DNA of 54,671 nucleotides, filler included, from Dirinaria sp. TL-2023a (lineage: Eukaryota): the NCBI GenBank assembly GCA_051941275.1. It is 4 parts of 4 records of this genome, joined end to end, with 100 filler letters (N's around TTAATTAATTAA, not from the genome) between each part and the next. Parts side by side here need not be neighbours in the genome. Positions count along the whole stretch, not along the records: positions 1 to 13,624 come from JAVEBF010000670.1; positions 13,725 to 27,328 come from JAVEBF010000671.1; 2 more parts are not named here. The stretch is one strand, 5' to 3'. Each line of letters begins with the position of its first letter. Position 1 is the first letter of the stretch. Positions 11,095 through 21,481 of the stretch are shown here, one piece after another. The position numbers were made by a program, and so were the translations under genes. The notes under the pieces are model-generated. The model ran no database searches and was not told the DNA's origin. It worked only from the letters and a program-made list of their open reading frames with translations.

Positions 11095-13290
11095 ATGATG
11101 GATAATCCGGAGACCCCAACCCCGAGCACTCGCCGCACAACACTGGCAACCCGGCCTATTCGTTCTACCCGCCTTTTCAATTTGGGAGGATCAAATGATG
11201 CCTCGACTAGACCGTCCGATGGCACGCCTAGTGTAGCAACCGCTAGTACTCAGGATCTGAACGGCGGCCATCGTGCGCGCTCCGAGCTTGAAGAATTCAC
11301 TTTCATATCACCGTTTGATCGTGTCCCTAGCGGTGCTTCGAACTTGCAATCTAGACGCACAGCAGCTGATAGTAGCGGCACCAATGTGAGCATCATGATC
11401 CATCGAAGTGAGCGCTAGCTGACCATTGACAGACCATACAGGCCCTTCGTGACCAGAGTGGCGGCTCCATGCTCGAGTCGAACACACAGACCAGTGTTAA
11501 TCGACCCACGACGGCCACAGGTAATTCTTTTGAGGAAAGAGCAGCATCCCAAGGCCTCCGTCCTTGGGACCGGAACGTCTTCGATGACCGCTGGGATTTG
11601 AACCAACGCGATATTCGCCAGATGGACTCTCATCACGGTGGGACTATAGCCCCAGCCCCGAGTGAGCCTGCCACTACCCAAAACGTCCCAAGTACAAGCG
11701 TGGCCATCGCGACTCCTGGCCAACGTCGAGCGCCTCCTACTCTGAACAATCCAAGGTAAGTAAGTCCAGCAGGTATTAAAGCGCCTGATTGACCGATGTG
11801 TTAGTACCGCGCCCGAGCTGCAAGAAGTGAAAAACTTGAATTCTTGTATTCGTGGGCTCCTTGGCGAGAACGGCAGAATCTCATCGGCGTTCCCCTATCC
11901 TCCCGAAGCGGTGCGACATATGTTGTACACTCGAACATTTGGCAATGCAGACAGACCCAAGCCGCTAGATGGGCAAGAAGCTTCGAACCTACTTATGTAC
12001 CGGGGTAACTTTGTCACCCGACGGTTCATGCGTGACGAAGTGCTTTCCGTTATCGAGGCAGTCGTCTCTAACTTGACTCGGAGTCCGTCAACAGAATCCT
12101 CCGATAGTCAGTCTGATTTGGCTGAATGGCTTGATGTCACGTCCATATCGGAAGTTCCATCGGCCAGTCTCTTGACACAGAACAGCCAATCTCATACACT
12201 GTATACACAAGTCGATGTCGCCAGGGCGGAGAGTCAGAGCGTGGCCATCCCACATGGCCAGTCTCGAATCAGCGCACAGGCAGCGAACCGGAGTGCATAC
12301 ATCGCCCATCAGCAGCCCCAAATGAGCGCACAGGCAGCGAATCATAATGTATCCATCGCACAGCCACAGCCGCAAGCAAGCTCACAGCCAGAGAACCAGA
12401 ATATATCAGTTGCACATCCACAGCTGCAATCCAGCGTACAGGCAGCGAATCAGAATGTACCGATCACACATCCGCAACCCCAGGCGATTGTACAGCCAGC
12501 ATTCTTGCCTTCCCACCCAGTACCGCCAATGCCGCCCATGTATGTACCGGCGGGGCCACTGCCTGCTCAGGGAGGTTTTGGACCGGGCATCGGGTACTCT
12601 CCGCAACGCTCAGCGATGCCTTATGGCTTTCAACCGCAGTGGCCCATCGCAGCTTACGGCCAGCCAGCATTCCCTTACCAAGGGTATCATCAATACGCAC
12701 CGCCCATGTTCCAACCTCCACCAACATATGCTCATTTTCCGGCTCAACCTATGATCAATGGACCCATGATTCCAGCTCCCATGCCGAACTTCAACTTTGG
12801 CGCGAATCTTCCCAGCCAGTCACAATTGATGAACGCGGGTCCTCCACCAGCAGTCGAAATGAACCATCCGTCGACTCCGGTGTCAAACCAGTTCTCCACG
12901 ACACCTGCTCGTGCATCGACCACTAAACGTGCATCGACCACTAGACGTGCCCTTCTGCCGCCAACCTTCAACGTGTCCTTATGGGCCCAGGAGCATCGAC
13001 CACCCACTCCTGCCGGGCAACCGTCTTGGTCAAACAGCGGGAAACGGGGTACTCGTTCAGGCCCTGAAGATAATGCTGACCCAACACCAGACCTCGCTCC
13101 AATGCCGTATAGAGCTGGTACGGATCCAGTGCGCCCAGAAGGTGAGACTGGGCCGAGCGAAGAGCTAAAAGCAATAACTAGCAAGGGGGATTCGAGCTTT
13201 GAGACGGTGACCGATCCCGAGAATATTGTATTTTCGGAGACGGCGAGAGAGTCCAAGCCAGCAAGGTGGGGTGTGGTGCGTATCGGTAAC
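11095..13290 (+). CDS. Large Pro/Gln/Ser-rich protein, probably the N-terminal part of an RRM-type RNA-binding protein; exons 11095-11385, 11433-11755, 11805-13290; 3' end not recovered before the gap
   Basis: Three ORFs join in frame through canonical introns (GTGAGC..GCTGAC..CAG; GTAAGT..TAG). The last exon ends ...ARESKPARWGVVRIGN at a GTAAGT donor (13291), which resembles the first beta-strand of an RRM (recalled family resemblance, not searched). Confidence 0.65.
12217..12500 (+). repeat. Coding 54-nt (18-aa) degenerate tandem repeat, ~5 copies
   Basis: Units start at 12271, 12325, 12379 and 12433 (agcgcacaggcagcgaa..., SAQAAN..IAH.QPQ.), with weaker copies on both sides. Confidence 0.85.
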
Positions 13291-13428
13291 GTAAGTCCAA
13301 ACAGCAAGCCGTGATTTCGTAGCCCAGCAAATTGTCTGCACTGTTGTTGCTTTTTCTTCAGGGCTGTCTCTCTCCAAGAATGTATTTGCAAGCAGCGTTG
13401 CTAGACCGATAGAGCAAATGGAGCTATG

Positions 13429-13523
13429 AGCCAAAGCAAAAGCAAAGAGCAAAGCAAAAGCAATGTGCAAAGCAAAAGCAATGAGAACAGCAAAAGCAAG
13501 GAGCAAAGCAACAGCAAGAGAGC
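13429..13523 (+). repeat. Degenerate (AGCAAA)n-type minisatellite
   Basis: caaagcaaaagcaaagagcaaagcaaaagcaatgtgcaaagcaaaagcaatgagaacagcaaaagcaaggagcaaagcaacagcaag. Confidence 0.8.
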
Positions 13524-13624
13524 TACAACGATGTTGCATAGCACCACAGCAACACTATCCAAGATGGGGGAGGAAGTTCGAGCCCATGAGAGCTCGACGG
13601 TCAAAATAAGGATCTCGCTTAGGC

Positions 13625-13724
13625 NNNNNNNNNNNNNNNNNNNNNNNNNNNNNNNNNNNNNNNNNNNNTTAATTAATTAANNNNNNNNNNNNNNNNNNNN
13701 NNNNNNNNNNNNNNNNNNNNNNNN
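13625..13724. other. Assembly spacer (N-TTAATTAATTAA-N), not biological
   Basis: N runs flanking a 12-mer that has stop codons in all six frames; the same structure occurs three times. Confidence 0.97.
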
Positions 13725-14230
13725 GATTTGATATAGATCGAATAGGATGGTGTTTTTCCAAAGGGAGGATGGAGATGCCCAGGGGAGCGTGGGGGAGGTC
13801 GGTTTGCTGTAGGATTAATACCCTGTCGTAGAATGAAATGGATAGTAGGGAGTTTTGACTGATGATGTTGGGGAAGGGTTGTAGGTGCGGAAGCAGGGCT
13901 CTAGATCTAGTTTTGGGAAATATATATCCTACCATTGATGTGGCGTGTGCTTGGTTTGTATTGGATGCTGTTGATTGAGGCATTGTATGTGTGTGTATAA
14001 ACGATTCGAATCGGACGAACGGGCAATGAATTGAGTTTGAGATATGTAGATAATTCTTGCTATGCGTATATAGACAATGGATTGCAAAGGCTTGTCAATA
14101 TATATATATAGCTGAATTATGGAAGTGGGCTGTACTTGATGGGCCCCCCTGGATTCACTGATATGCATTCATTTCTCACGCTTAAGTCACACCTGTAGCT
14201 TTAAGCGGTTTCGAAATTTTAACTCCCGTT

Positions 14231-17200
14231 TCATTGTTCGCCGGACACGCCGTTGCACTGATCTAAAGTATCCGCCATCAGAGGAGAATACTCTGGAGGA
14301 GGTCCCGAGCTAGAAGGTGCGAGAGAAGTCAGGGAACTCCCGTCTTGGTCATCCTCACTGAATATTTCATCCGCGTCTTTCGCGTCGTCATCAGAAGGTA
14401 AAGCCTTTGAAATGCCAAGCAGATGATACAGATCTTCTGCCTTGCTAAACTTGCCCTGCTCCGCTACCACCTCGACCAAGACCATTAGTGTCTTTACAGT
14501 ACGACCGTCGTACCGGCCGTACAGGTCTACGCGGCGTTCATATGCCTGAGTGAGTACCTCCTCAGCTTCTTCGAGTTTAACCTGGTTCCGAAGGACACAT
14601 CCGAGGTTATGATATGTCTGGGCAATATGCCCGGGGTCGCTATCGTTGGGATGCTCTATTTCCATCTTTAGGATCTTTCGATAGCTACTTTCCGCGTCAT
14701 TGTGCTTGCCTTGTTGGGATAACACATTGGCGAGGCCCCAGTAGGCCTCATATCCTTGGACGTTGTCCTTACCAAAGGAATGTTCTTGCCACAGGACCAG
14801 CTGGCGCCAGTGCTTTTCGGACTCCTCCAACCTCCCTTCATCTCGAATTGCAGCAGCGAGGAAACGCAGAATTGCCTGCGTCCCACTGTGTCGCCAGCCC
14901 TGCACGCGCTTTCTCCAAGTCAACACTTCACGGGCTATTTCTTGCGCTTCTTCGTATCTCTGCTGTTCATGTATAGAACGAGCGATATCATGGCGCGTTA
15001 TCTGGAATTCCTCATTGTCCATGCCCGATTCTTTGATGCGAGCGTCTAATTCTTGCTTGAACACAGCCTCCGCTTCTTCATAATAACCATCGTCAAAAAG
15101 ATCTCGGCCACGTTGCCTCAGCCTTACCACTTCACTGTTTCCTTCTTCTTGCAATGGGGAGTGAGGCCTGGAATCTTCGAAGACATAAGCTTTGGCCTCT
15201 TCCAACTTTCCCTGGCCTTCCAGGCTTTTTCGGAGGAGATCGCGAGTGGCGCCTGCATCCGCAGTGACATAGTGTTCCTTGTCTTTCCTTCTCAAGACCT
15301 CAGGATCGCCTTCGCCATTGTTGATCTGTATTTCTAAAAGTTGCTTGAGCGTAGACTCAGCTTCTGAGTATTTTTTCTGGACGTACTGTAGAAAGCCAAG
15401 GTTGTGTAGCGAGGCCACGCAATCATAACTATTTGGCCCGTACAACTCCACCTTGTCTTCCCATCGGTATTTCTCAACCTCTTCAGCTTCTGCGTACCTA
15501 CCCTCCGCCATAAGAAGCATTGAGTATTGCCCACGTGTGATCATTGTAGAAGGATGGCTATCGCCGTATAATTCTCGACGGCCATCAAGCACGATATCGA
15601 AGAGCTCGTGAGCCTCCTTATACCGGCCCAACTGACCCTGACAAATTGCCAGCGATTCCATAGTTCTCCAACAAAGATGATGATTTTTCCCGTGTAGGGT
15701 TTCTGCTCGCTCGAGTGCTTCGCTGAGGAGATCAAGTGCTTCCTCATATTCACCCTGGTCCTTCAGGACACCGGCTAGGTTAGCAAGTGCAATAATGAGA
15801 AAAGTCTTGCGGGGTTCGCTAGAAGGATCCTCGGAGCAGAGCTGGCGTTTACCCAGCAGCTCGCGCCGATGGAGTGTCTCCGCCTCTGCATACTCGCATA
15901 ATGCGCGCAATGTGGAGCCTAAGTTGTTCAAAGCTTCCAATGTGTCTGCATGGCAATCTCCGAAGAACTTTTCTCGTCCAGACAAGACCTGGCGTTGGAT
16001 GTCGCAGGCTTCGACGTTCCTCCCCAGCTGAGCAATGGTCAGAGCGAAACTTTCCATAGCTGCCAGCGTCTGCGGGTCGTTGGCAAAGTACGCCTTGTGG
16101 ATAACCATCGATATGCGTGCATCACGCTCAGATCTGCGAAGACTCCCTTGATGCCTTAAATAAGTGGATGTATCCAAAAGCAGGCTGGCCTTGTAGTATA
16201 GGTTCTTCGCATGTTCGGGATCAGGTTCCAAACCCATTCCAAAATTGTACGCGAGGATTGCATCTGCATGTGGGTACAACAAGTCACACAGTGGCCACGT
16301 CTCGATAAACCCCATAGGAAATGCTTTCGTCACAATTTCAAGCGTTTTAGTGGCAATATCCACTGCATTACCGTCAGGCTGGCTCAGCCAAGCCTGCGTG
16401 GACTCTTGTACAAGTCTATGCATATCACAATAGTTGACTGTATCTCTGATCTTGGTGTGCGTCACTTCGTCCAGAAGTTCACGGAGTCGTTCTTCGCGGG
16501 GTTCCGAATCAGAATACGTAGTAATTAAGGAAAAGGCTTCTAACAATCCGACAGCCTCCTCAAAATCGAAGTCGCTTTCGTTCCGATCTTGCAGGATTGG
16601 TAACGGAATCTCCTGCCGATCCAGAAGGCACATCATTGTGAGGAGCTCTCCAGCTCTTGCGTTTTCCCTTTTCATTGATTGGAATGTTACCCACCATGTA
16701 CTTGTTATCGATTCCGAAGAGCGATCTGCGCGCCCATGATGATAGCCTTTCTGACTAAGCAGCTGCGATTTCGTCGATTCGTCTCCAAGGAGTTCGAGAT
16801 AGTCAGCTACGGTCTTTCTTCTTTTGGTCATAAAAGCAGTCGCTTGAGATATGGCCAGAGGAAGGTAGGCTAGCTCCTCGAACAATGCAACTTGCTCTTC
16901 TTCTGAGCTATTACCTACAATCTTCTTGCCTAACAGTGATTGTGCTTCGTCAAAGTTCAATGATGGCACTGCAATTGGGTCGTTATGCGGCGAAAGGTCT
17001 ATGCCGACATCTCTGCTCCTAGTTGTATAAATTATTGTACCTTTGCTTGTTTGTGGCATGTACTCGATCAGCGGTTTTTCCGTAGCATCCTTTTCATTCG
17101 GCTCAAAGAACATTGCTCGATCGTCAACGCTGTCTACAACCATAAGCCATTCAAACCGGTAGCTTGATTCTAGCCAGTCGCGGACCAGCTGCAATGTATC

Positions 17201-18359
17201 AGAGCTGGGATCGTCACGATCAGGTATTTGACATTCGGAAGCGATTCGTTTGTAGGATTCTATAAACCGCGAAGTGTTGCTGGCATATACCCAAAAGACC
17301 GCGGTATCAGCTGATCTTTGCCGGAAGACATATTCGAGCGCTATCTGGGACTTCCTGCGACGAATCAATATACTCGATACCAGATCCAGGGTATAAGCCA
17401 TCAGCTCACCCGATCCCTCCCAGTCCATGGAGCACCGCTGTTGTGGAGCAGCCATCGTCCGCTATCAATTCGTCCTCAAGCTGCTCAAGCAAATCGTCTC
17501 GTCCTACAAAATTGGGGTTACGACTTATCGGTACCATCCATATCGGCTCTAGTGGCTTCGAGTCTCGGTCATTCGAGGCTTTCGCGTCCTGAAACTTTTG
17601 CAGCAAATCTAGTTGGCCAATTTGAGTCTTGAGAACCTCTGAAACATCATAGCCGGTTTGATCCGCGGCGCGCTTTGCTTCGATTTGTAGCTGCAAGCCT
17701 AGAATTCTCACCAAACGGTCCAATATGGCTTGTAGCTAAAGTCCATCAGCGCTTTCTCGAGAACATTTTGATACATATTCCTTGAAAATTGATGTTAGTT
17801 TATTAGAGCATCACGTCGCTCACTTGGTTTTATTCTTTTGAATTACTGACAGAGCAGAGGTATTTTGAGTGAGTCACTAGGCTACCGCATTCCAAACAAA
17901 GTCACCAAGACTGCAGACGATGGACTATAGAACTTCATCGCATGGGTCGGGACAGATTTTGGCACTCGATGTATAGTAGCAATAGAATATACTCTTACCC
18001 ACCTTCTCGATTTCTTGGGTGTGCCTGAGAGATTTCAAGGCAACTTTGGCGTTCTTCCAACGACCTTTATGGGCACCACCCTCAAAACTCTTCAGTAAGA
18101 CAGCCAACTCCTGCGCCTGAAATTGGCATTGTTTCAAAATGTCATCACCAAGAGTCTGGCCTTTTGAGTGCTGAGCCAACTCCTTGAGGAGGCCCAACAA
18201 TTGTGAGAGCTGTGCTGCTTGTTGGTCGAGCTCTCGAGGGAGACCTGAAGCAGTCGTAGTGATTTCGTGGATCCTTTCGCAGAGCTGGGACGTGAAGTCG
18301 ATGAATTGGAGGATGTTGCTAGCCAGCCCCACGACGGCCAGTGCTTCGGCACCAGACAT
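14231..18359 (-). CDS. Fungal NLR (STAND NTPase): N-terminal helical HeLo-like/SesA/Goodbye-type domain + NB-ARC + TPR repeats; exons ~18359-18003, 17735-17410, 17354-14231
   Basis: N-terminus MSGAEALAVVGLASNILQFIDFTSQLCERI; RNPNFVGRDDLLEQL; Walker A VLHGLGGIG|KSQIALEY split by a phase-2 intron; VFWVYAS; Walker B WLMVVDSVDD; IIYTTRSR; LAYLPLAISQA; DMHRLVQ; then many kinesin-light-chain-like TPRs (HADTLEALNNLG, HPSTMITRGQYS). Confidence 0.9.
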
Positions 18360-19107
18360 GGGAAATCCGTGTTACCTCACCATTTGCGTGGTGTTTCGCT
18401 CGCGATCCACTGCTTTGAAGATATATCACTCGCTAATGAGAGATCCATGGCTGGATTCTCCAAAAGTCGTCATCACTTCTTCGTTCTATATACCTTAGTA
18501 AGCTAGCTTAGAGACTGCACTCTTGGAGCTGAAGTGGCGGTGCATTAGCTGCCGAAGGCCAACGTCAATGTTGCTAACGCCTCTTCCATGAAGAAACACC
18601 TGTTCACTGGGAAACATAGGGTTGTGATCTCTCCATAGCTCATGGCATTACTTTCGAAAGCCAAGAGAAGCTTCGACGTGGCCTTTATCTCGAACACGAA
18701 TCAAGTGAGCTGGGACGGGTATGGATGAGGTGCCCTAGATTTCGTCCATAAAGTAAGGTACATACAGCGAGACAGCTCGGGCTAGAGCGCCAAGACATCG
18801 GTCGATGTACCTCGGTACCTCGGCTGTTAGGGCCGCCTCAGGGATTAGTAAACAAGATGGATGGGATCGCTGCCTTCCATCTCGAAGAATGTGCCCCCTA
18901 CTGGTATGGTATGGTAGAGCCGTACAAGCAAATCCCCGATAACCGCCGGCATCCCGGTGAATCTCCCCGAATCCGACTCATGGGTGTGAATCAGCATCAG
19001 TGAGAAGGATTCGAGAATGGCTACATCTGGTCCGCTGCTCTCGTTTATGAAGGCCTACCCAGTGTCCTTGAGCACAATTCCGGTCTCCATAGTCCGGATC
19101 TTGAACC

Positions 19108-19965
19108 ATGGCTGCTCAAGGCGCCTTTCCAGGCATGGTCCCGCTCGCGCCTTTCATATACCTATACACACCACAACAGCAGGAACGGCATCCGGAGGAT
19201 GAAAAAGGTGGCCCCAAGATTATCGTTCTCTGCACCTGGATGGCCGCCCAGCCAACGCACATCACGAAATACATCACCAGCTACCAGACCATCTACCCAG
19301 CATCCCAGATCCTGCTGATCCGCGCCGAATCCGTGGACATGATCTTTCGCTCGTACGAGAGCCTGCAACAGCGTGTTCAAGCCGCCCTGTCCGTGATCCA
19401 GTCCACCTGCTCGCCGGACCCGCCGCGCCCGGAGATCCTGCTGCACGTCTTCTCGAACGGCGGTTGCGTGCAATCGATCTCCTTGATGCAAGCTTATCGC
19501 GCTAGCACGGGCCACGCCTTCCCCTTGCACGCCACCGTGTTCGATTCCTGCCCCGGGCGAGGCACTTTCCGCCTTTCCTGTCTGGCTGTCGCGACGCCGT
19601 TCGATCGCCAGCCTTTTTACGTGCGGCTGCCTGCCCTTTTCATGGTCTTTGCGGCTATGTGTGCGTATTTCCTGGTGATGATCGTGTTGCGGAATGAAAA
19701 CCCGGTCATGCAGGGCAGGCGGTTGATGAATGATCGGGGCCTAGTGAAGGAGACGAAGAGGGTGTATATGTACAGCGATGCGGATGCAATGGTCCCTGGC
19801 CAGGAGGTCGAAGATCATGCGCGGGATTCAAGCGAGCAGGGTTTCCGGGTTGCGATGGAGAAATTCGAGGGGAGCGGGCATGTATCGCATGTGAGAGTCG
19901 GAGGTGGGAAACGGTATTGGGAAATCGTGCAGCGGTTTTGGGGAGACTCTGCTAGCAAGGACTGA
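19108..19965 (+). CDS. DUF829 / TMEM53 / PaxU-like alpha/beta-hydrolase-fold protein
   Basis: IIVLCTWMAA...KY, ILLHVFSNGG (nucleophile-elbow-like), VFDSCPG, a hydrophobic segment, YMYSDADAMV, FEGSGHVSH; intronless, 285 aa. Confidence 0.85.
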   Translation: MAAQGAFPGMVPLAPFIYLYTPQQQERHPEDEKGGPKIIVLCTWMAAQPTHITKYITSYQTIYPASQILLIRAESVDMIFRSYESLQQRVQAALSVIQSTCSPDPPRPEILLHVFSNGGCVQSISLMQAYRASTGHAFPLHATVFDSCPGRGTFRLSCLAVATPFDRQPFYVRLPALFMVFAAMCAYFLVMIVLRNENPVMQGRRLMNDRGLVKETKRVYMYSDADAMVPGQEVEDHARDSSEQGFRVAMEKFEGSGHVSHVRVGGGKRYWEIVQRFWGDSASKD

Positions 19966-20109
19966 GTGCTGCGAAGAGATTGGGATGTCACCATTCCTAG
20001 AAAGGTAGTGATTTCATCTTCAAATATCGTCATGAACCACACTTCCGTTTCTATTTTCCTTTGCAAAAGAACTTGAAATCAAGAAAAATCTCTCCGCTGC
20101 AAGCATAAA

Positions 20110-20655
20110 TCATGCATAACTCACCACGCCCTGCTCTCTCCCCACCACCTCAACCACCAATGTCCAATTTCCCCTTCCCACACTCACCCTCTCCTTTTCC
20201 CTCCTGGCCCCTTGCAACCACTCCACCCGTCCAACCCTCATCACCGCTTTCCTCTCTCTCCCTGGCCACTCCACCCCCACCATCCTCTGCCGCACAAGAC
20301 AATTAGTGACCACCCGTTCCCCAAACCCGACCACGTTGATCAACAGAAACTCGTCCGTCGCATCCTCGTCACCAACGGGTGTATCGATCGAGATTTCGCA
20401 TGTTAGCAGCCTACCGTACCTGTCGAACAGAGTGTACCTGGTGGGGAGCGATTTGGTGGTGGGTGAGTCGGGGAGATTGCGGGACCAGGTGCGTTGGGTA
20501 TTGAATGGTGCGCGTTGGGAAATATTTTCAAGCGCCTCGAGTAAGGTGTAGCAGTCTTGGACTAGGGGAATGGGCCGGCCGGAGAGGCATTGATACGGGA
20601 CTGTGAATGGAAAGAGGAATATGAGGATCAAGGAGATACTGGTGTAGAAGTACAT
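20110..20655 (-). CDS. Small secreted cysteine-containing protein (effector-like, 181 aa)
   Basis: Signal peptide MYFYTSISLILIFLFPFTVP, four Cys in the mature part (YQC, QDC, LTC, TNC), TATA-rich tract ~190 bp upstream (20837-20852). Confidence 0.7.
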   Translation of the reverse strand: MYFYTSISLILIFLFPFTVPYQCLSGRPIPLVQDCYTLLEALENISQRAPFNTQRTWSRNLPDSPTTKSLPTRYTLFDRYGRLLTCEISIDTPVGDEDATDEFLLINVVGFGERVVTNCLVRQRMVGVEWPGRERKAVMRVGRVEWLQGARREKERVSVGRGNWTLVVEVVGREQGVVSYA

Positions 20656-21481
20656 GGAGTTGGGCTTTGAATTTCTGCCATGCGTTGTTTCTTTTTGATG
20701 CCAAGACTTCAGGTATAGGTGCCGATTAGGCGATGTAGGTTGGTATTTTCGTTCGCTTCACGAGCATATCAATTGTATGGGATTTTGACTTTTCGTTTTT
20801 TGACTTTAAGCTATCCATCTCGTCTGCAGTGGAGGCTTATATATATTTATACGGGCGGCTACCTGTTGTTTTCATGGATCTCAAGGCTGCGCGGGGTTGA
20901 TGGTGATTTTGCATGCGCTCCAAAGATGCGACAAAGTGTTGCGCGATTCAAGCGAAGCGGGCGCCATTTACTTCGGAGATGCTCGCTCGGGATAGTTACA
21001 GGTAGAAAATGGCTCTTTTCGCGTTGATGAAAATGCTGGGTCACTGCTGCAAACGCAATGGATTTTGGGTGATGAAAAAACAGGGAAGCTAATTGCCCGC
21101 TTAATCCCGGTAGCGAGACACTGGGGGAAAGGAGATTGTGGGCGCGAAAAATTGCTGGTAATACTTTCACCATAACAGTTGGTCTAGGTAGGAAGCTCGA
21201 GAATGCCAATTTGCCAAAAGCTGGGACTGGATGAAAAGAACGTGTGGACACAAATGACACGTGGATGAAAGGGGCGTATGGCCATTTATTTGATGATATC
21301 GCTCACAGAGCCGTCATACAAATATAGATTATAGTAAGCGCACTGCTAAAGGAATGTAGACTGCCATGACGGGGTTGTTTCCTCATCAGAACTTCGAGGT
21401 ATTAGCAAGCCTGACATCATTACTATTCGCTAGTATCTCAACGGTTTCCGTCGTCGCTCATGGAAAGAAAAACGGGATTTC

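Noticed and set aside
13669..13680. TTAATTAATTAA palindrome repeated at 13669, 27373 and 41059
   Set aside because: Always embedded in N runs with identical geometry; it is an artificial six-frame-stop linker, not a transposon target site or a genomic repeat
13165..13680. Hydrophobic (LLLAFA..) and SKSKEQ ORFs near the first gap
   Set aside because: They are translations of the AGCAAA minisatellite; no evidence of a real membrane protein
14231..19965. Amyloid signalling motif (HET-s, sigma or PP-type) linking the NLR and its neighbour
   Set aside because: No N/G/Q-rich pseudo-repeat is visible at the NLR N-terminus or the hydrolase C-terminus
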